A stretch of 64,000 nt of DNA, from the NCBI GenBank assembly GCA_037441385.1, contig JBBISH010000008.1, positions 1-64,000 of the forward strand, in the 5' to 3' direction. The DNA is from Myxococcales bacterium. GTDB taxonomy: Bacteria; Myxococcota_A; UBA9042. The notes under the pieces were generated by a model. The model was given only the letters and a program-made list of their open reading frames with translations. It had not been told where the DNA came from and did no database searches. Made by a program: the position numbers and the translations under genes. Each line of letters begins with the position of its first letter. Within the stretch, counting starts at the first letter, position 1. Shown piece by piece: positions 59,394 through 64,000 of this stretch.

Positions 59394-59526
59394 CGGTTTC
59401 CGTCCAAATCGGCTCGAAAAATTCGGCAATTCTTCGGGCCCGAACCGGGGTCCCCGCCTGATTCTCGCCGGTTGCAGACCGGGTCAGAGGAACCGTACAG
59501 GCGTGAATCAGACGGGGTTCGTATAA
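59394..59526 (+). repeat. Dispersed ~135-bp structured intergenic repeat, copy B
   Basis: Long imperfect stem CCCCGCCTGATTCTCGCC...GGCGTGAATCAGACGGGG; colinear with copies A and C. Confidence 0.85.
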
Positions 59527-59533
59527 CCAAGAA

Positions 59534-60112
59534 CTAGGGCTCTACGCTATCGCGCTCGGGCTCAGCCGGCGACTCGCTGCTGGCGGTGGCCGCGCCCGGA
59601 ATCGGCTGCCCTGGGTCGACGACTGGCCAGCGCAAGTTGAGGGGCTGGCCGCCGCGCTGCACATCTACGGCGATTTCGCTGGCACCTTTGGCGCGCTGAT
59701 AGACGGTCAGCAAGTCGCCGGGCGTCACGATGCGCTGACCTTGCACCCGCAGGAGCAAATCGCCGGGGCGCACGTCGAAACGGCCGGCGACCGGCGAACC
59801 GTCGAACACGGACACAATGCGAAAGCCAATGAACTTGTGATCATTTCCGCGGACCGGTTCGAGCTGCACCTTGGACAGCATCCAACCAGGACCGGCGGCC
59901 AGCACCCGGTCGAGGACGGCACGGGGAATGGCCGGGGCGTTCTGGGTCCAGTCGCCGCGGTCGGCGCGGGGGGCGCGGCTGTTGGTGCGAACCGCCCCGG
60001 AGGCGCGCCCAGCCCGGCGCGGCGGCGGCGTGTCTTCTACATCGGGTCCCGAGCATGCGGCCAATGCGGCCAGGCAAGCGAGACCGATGAAGCGGACGAG
60101 ACCGGCGGTCAC
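59534..60112 (-). CDS. Lipoprotein with GspC-like PDZ domain
   Basis: LAAC lipobox; FIGFRI..SP...VRPGDLLLRVQG..VQRGGQ; GTG overlaps the upstream stop. Confidence 0.7.
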   Translation of the reverse strand: MTAGLVRFIGLACLAALAACSGPDVEDTPPPRRAGRASGAVRTNSRAPRADRGDWTQNAPAIPRAVLDRVLAAGPGWMLSKVQLEPVRGNDHKFIGFRIVSVFDGSPVAGRFDVRPGDLLLRVQGQRIVTPGDLLTVYQRAKGASEIAVDVQRGGQPLNLRWPVVDPGQPIPGAATASSESPAEPERDSVEP

Positions 60113-60468
60113 GGAGCCTTGCCGCAGAAGCTTTGGCCGTCCAGCGTGCAGGGGGCGGCGGCCGAAGGGTCCGAGCTCGAGGTGCATTTGCCCGCGCTCC
60201 GGCAAGTCATTCCGCTGCGGCACTCGTTGTCGGGCGAGCAGGCGCGCATGCACCACCGCGTGTCGAAACCAAAATCGACGCACGTGGCTTCGGCTGGGCA
60301 CTCGCCTTCGCGGCAGCCGACCTTGAGGCAGTAGCCGTCGGTGAAGGTGGTGTCGCAGGTCAGGGTCGTGCCGCATTGGCTGTTGTAGGTGCACTTGTCG
60401 CCGACGGCCGGCGTGCACCCCGCCGCGACGGCCAGGACCGCGATGAACCACGCAGCGCGCAAGCTCAT
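60109..60468 (-). CDS. Small Cys-rich lipoprotein
   Basis: AAGC lipobox; Cys-rich mature part (GDKC..C..CD..GYC..C..CP..C). Confidence 0.75.
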   Translation of the reverse strand: MSLRAAWFIAVLAVAAGCTPAVGDKCTYNSQCGTTLTCDTTFTDGYCLKVGCREGECPAEATCVDFGFDTRWCMRACSPDNECRSGMTCRSAGKCTSSSDPSAAAPCTLDGQSFCGKAP

Positions 60469-60956
60469 TTGCCGCTCCCCGCGTTGGGGGCCGGGGCCGC
60501 ACCCGAACCTGAACCGGCACCCGCATCGCCACCCGCACCGCCACCCGCCTCCGCGCCCGTGGGCGTGGCTGCCCCCGGCCCCAGCGCCGGCTTTCCGCCA
60601 GGGCAGGGCTGCGCGTAGGCCGCGGCCACGGCGGCGCGCGCCCAGTCGCGGTCCAGTTTGGCCGCCGCCGCGAAGGTGTCGGCGAACTCGTGCGCCGAAC
60701 CGTAGCCCAAGTCCGTATAGATCTTGGGCAGCGGCGCCGCGTAGCCGATGATCTGGCAGCGGATCGTCGCAAAGTCCTTGGCCAGCTTGGCTTTGTCGAC
60801 GTTCGCCGCCGTCGCCGTGGCCGGACCCGGCAGCCCGACGCCCGCCGCACCGGCCTTGTCGGCCGCGACCGGGGGCTTGGGCGGTTCAGTCTTGCCGCAA
60901 GCCACACCGGCCAACAGCGCTGCCGCCGCCGCAAACTTTGCAGATTTCCTGAACAT
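60465..60956 (-). CDS. Lipoprotein, hypothetical
   Basis: GVAC lipobox; coupled to neighbouring genes. Confidence 0.7.
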   Translation of the reverse strand: MFRKSAKFAAAAALLAGVACGKTEPPKPPVAADKAGAAGVGLPGPATATAANVDKAKLAKDFATIRCQIIGYAAPLPKIYTDLGYGSAHEFADTFAAAAKLDRDWARAAVAAAYAQPCPGGKPALGPGAATPTGAEAGGGAGGDAGAGSGSGAAPAPNAGSGK

Positions 60957-60961
60957 GCGTT

Positions 60962-62387
<1,426 letters not shown>

Positions 62388-62538
62388 GCATGGTTCGGTG
62401 GCCCGCTTCGGGCGGCGAGCAGGGTACCGCTTTGCGCCGCGGCGGGCAATCGCGAACGCGCCGTTGCGGGGCGACGGCTTGCGCGCGATGCCGCAGTTTT
62501 GTCACAGTAGCCGCGCGGCCAGCGCCGCGGAGTTCGCC

Positions 62539-63345
62539 ATGCAACGTTTCAAAGCCGCGGTCGTGCAAATGCGCTCGACCGAAGACATCGACCAGAACCT
62601 GAAGCGTGCCGGTGAGTTGGTGCGTGCCGCCGCCGCCGACGGCGCCCAGCTCATCACCTTGCCCGAGAATTGCACCTTCCTCCGCATCAGCGCCAACTAC
62701 AACGTGGGCGAGACGCTTGATGGCCGAATCGCGACCTATTTTGCCGAGTTGGCGCGCGAGGTGCAGGCCGCCATCCTGCTGGGCTCGTTCCAAGAGCTGG
62801 CCCCCAGCGGTCACCGTGTCTACAACACCCAGGTGCTGTTTGGTCCCGACGGCGAGATCGTGCAGAAGTACCGCAAGGTTCACCTGTTCGATATCGATAT
62901 CCCCGGTCAGGTCACCATGCGCGAGAGCGACAACGTGGCCCCCGGCGGCGACGCGGTGACGGCCGACCTGTTCGGCACGCGCCTGGGCATGTCGATCTGC
63001 TACGACCTGCGCTTCCCCGAGCTGTACCGCAAGCTGCTGGACGCCGGCGCCGAGGTGCTGCTCATTCCGGCCGCCTTTACCATGCAGACGGGCAAGGATC
63101 ACTGGGAAGTCTTGTTGCGCGCCCGCGCCATCGAGAACCAGTGCTACGTGATCGCCGCCGGGCAGCACGGCCACCATGGCGGCGCCCGCACCAGCTATGG
63201 GCACTCGATGATTATCGATCCATGGGGACTGGTGGTTGCCCGCTGCTCGGATGGCGAGGGCTTTGCTACCGCGTGGTTGGACCCCAATCTGGTGGCCAGC
63301 GTCCGGCGCAATCTGCCCTGCGGCGAGCACCGCCGTTTCCGCTGA
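62539..63345 (+). CDS. Carbon-nitrogen hydrolase (Nit1/deaminated glutathione amidase-like)
   Basis: LPE, YRKVHLFD, SICYDLRFPE, RARAIENQ, YGHS..DPWG. Confidence 0.92.
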   Translation: MQRFKAAVVQMRSTEDIDQNLKRAGELVRAAAADGAQLITLPENCTFLRISANYNVGETLDGRIATYFAELAREVQAAILLGSFQELAPSGHRVYNTQVLFGPDGEIVQKYRKVHLFDIDIPGQVTMRESDNVAPGGDAVTADLFGTRLGMSICYDLRFPELYRKLLDAGAEVLLIPAAFTMQTGKDHWEVLLRARAIENQCYVIAAGQHGHHGGARTSYGHSMIIDPWGLVVARCSDGEGFATAWLDPNLVASVRRNLPCGEHRRFR

Positions 63346-63493
63346 TCGGTCGCCCCAGTTCGCCAGGAAATCGTAGACGCGGCTCAGGTTCGCGTGGCGC
63401 TCGCCAAAAAGAGCGAGCGGCGACGCGGGGCCTTTTGATGCGGCGGCTTTTGCGCCATACTCCTGCAATTGAACTGCGCGAGGTCGTTCCGCC

Positions 63494-64000
63494 GTGCTCA
63501 ATTTTCTGAACCCGAATCTGGCCTTGGCACCTGCGGGCCGCACGTTCGGTCGCGGCTTGGCGTTGGCCCTGCTGCTGACCGCGACTGCCGCGCCGCTGGC
63601 CATCGCTCGTCCGGCGGCGGCGGCCACGGCTGGCGACATCGAGGCCGCCAAGTCGCTGGTCGAAGACGAGAAGTATTACGACGCCTTCAGCAAGCTCGAC
63701 GACATCCTCAACAGCGTCTCGCCCGGCGACCCGGCGCGCAACGCGGCGCAGCTGTTACAGGGCAAGGTGCTCATGGGCCTTGGCCTGTACCAATCGGCGC
63801 TGCGCAGCTTCGACTCGGTCAGCGTGCCGGCCGATCACCCGTTCTACAAGGAAAAGATCAAGTACTTCCTGCAGATCCAGCGCTCCGTGCCCGGAGATCT
63901 GGCGACGTTGGAGCGTCTGGCCGACGCGCCCGAAGCGGTGCACAACCAAGACGACCTGGACGAAGTGCGCTTCTTGCTCGGGCGCTACTACTACGGTGTG
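63494..64000 (+). CDS. 5' part of an exported TPR protein, GltC-like; runs off the window
   Basis: Open frame absent from the ORF track: signal peptide, then GKVLMGLGLYQSAL..HPFY..EVRFLLGRYYY. Confidence 0.65.
   Translation, partial: MLNFLNPNLALAPAGRTFGRGLALALLLTATAAPLAIARPAAAATAGDIEAAKSLVEDEKYYDAFSKLDDILNSVSPGDPARNAAQLLQGKVLMGLGLYQSALRSFDSVSVPADHPFYKEKIKYFLQIQRSVPGDLATLERLADAPEAVHNQDDLDEVRFLLGRYYYGV

Noticed and set aside
59480..59500. GGTCAG...GGAA in the repeat as a possible SRP RNA, or the repeat as an integron attC site
   Set aside because: It lacks the SRP helix-8 GNRA loop with AGCAG, SRP is single copy, and there are no RYYYAAC/GTTRRRY ends or cassette organisation
59345..59530. 61-aa ORF MVIRTPSDSRL...
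   Set aside because: It is the antisense reading of the repeat element; the frame is not preserved with start and stop in all copies

Overview
High-GC chromosomal window with no CRISPR array, rRNA, tRNA or intact transposase that I can see. Gene content points to a Myxococcota-type diderm (inference): Glt/AgmX-like TPR and TonB-C proteins, Cys-rich lipoproteins and pilB-pilC-pilS. Housekeeping blocks (tilS-ftsH-folP-cdaA-cdaR-lysC; hisS; dnaJ; gap-pgk-tpiA-secG-dapD; serS; yitJ-type methionine synthesis; eno) alternate with envelope and surface-protein genes. The most notable items are: (1) a tightly coupled five-gene operon (degenerate flavoprotein-fold protein, TolC, MlaC, OM beta-barrel, archaeal-AglB-like STT3 oligosaccharyltransferase whose WWDYG motif reads GWGFG) with a divergent GT-C-like gene; (2) an orphan peptidoglycan-binding/Tae4 amidase fusion with no visible immunity or T6SS genes, near two chaperone-fold-like genes; (3) a ~135-bp structured intergenic repeat present three times, one copy forming the enolase leader; (4) twin CTAG-bounded hairpin elements; (5) several apparent pseudoenzymes; (6) a B12 mutase with isobutyryl-CoA mutase specificity residues. 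All family assignments come from reading motifs by eye; no database searches were run.
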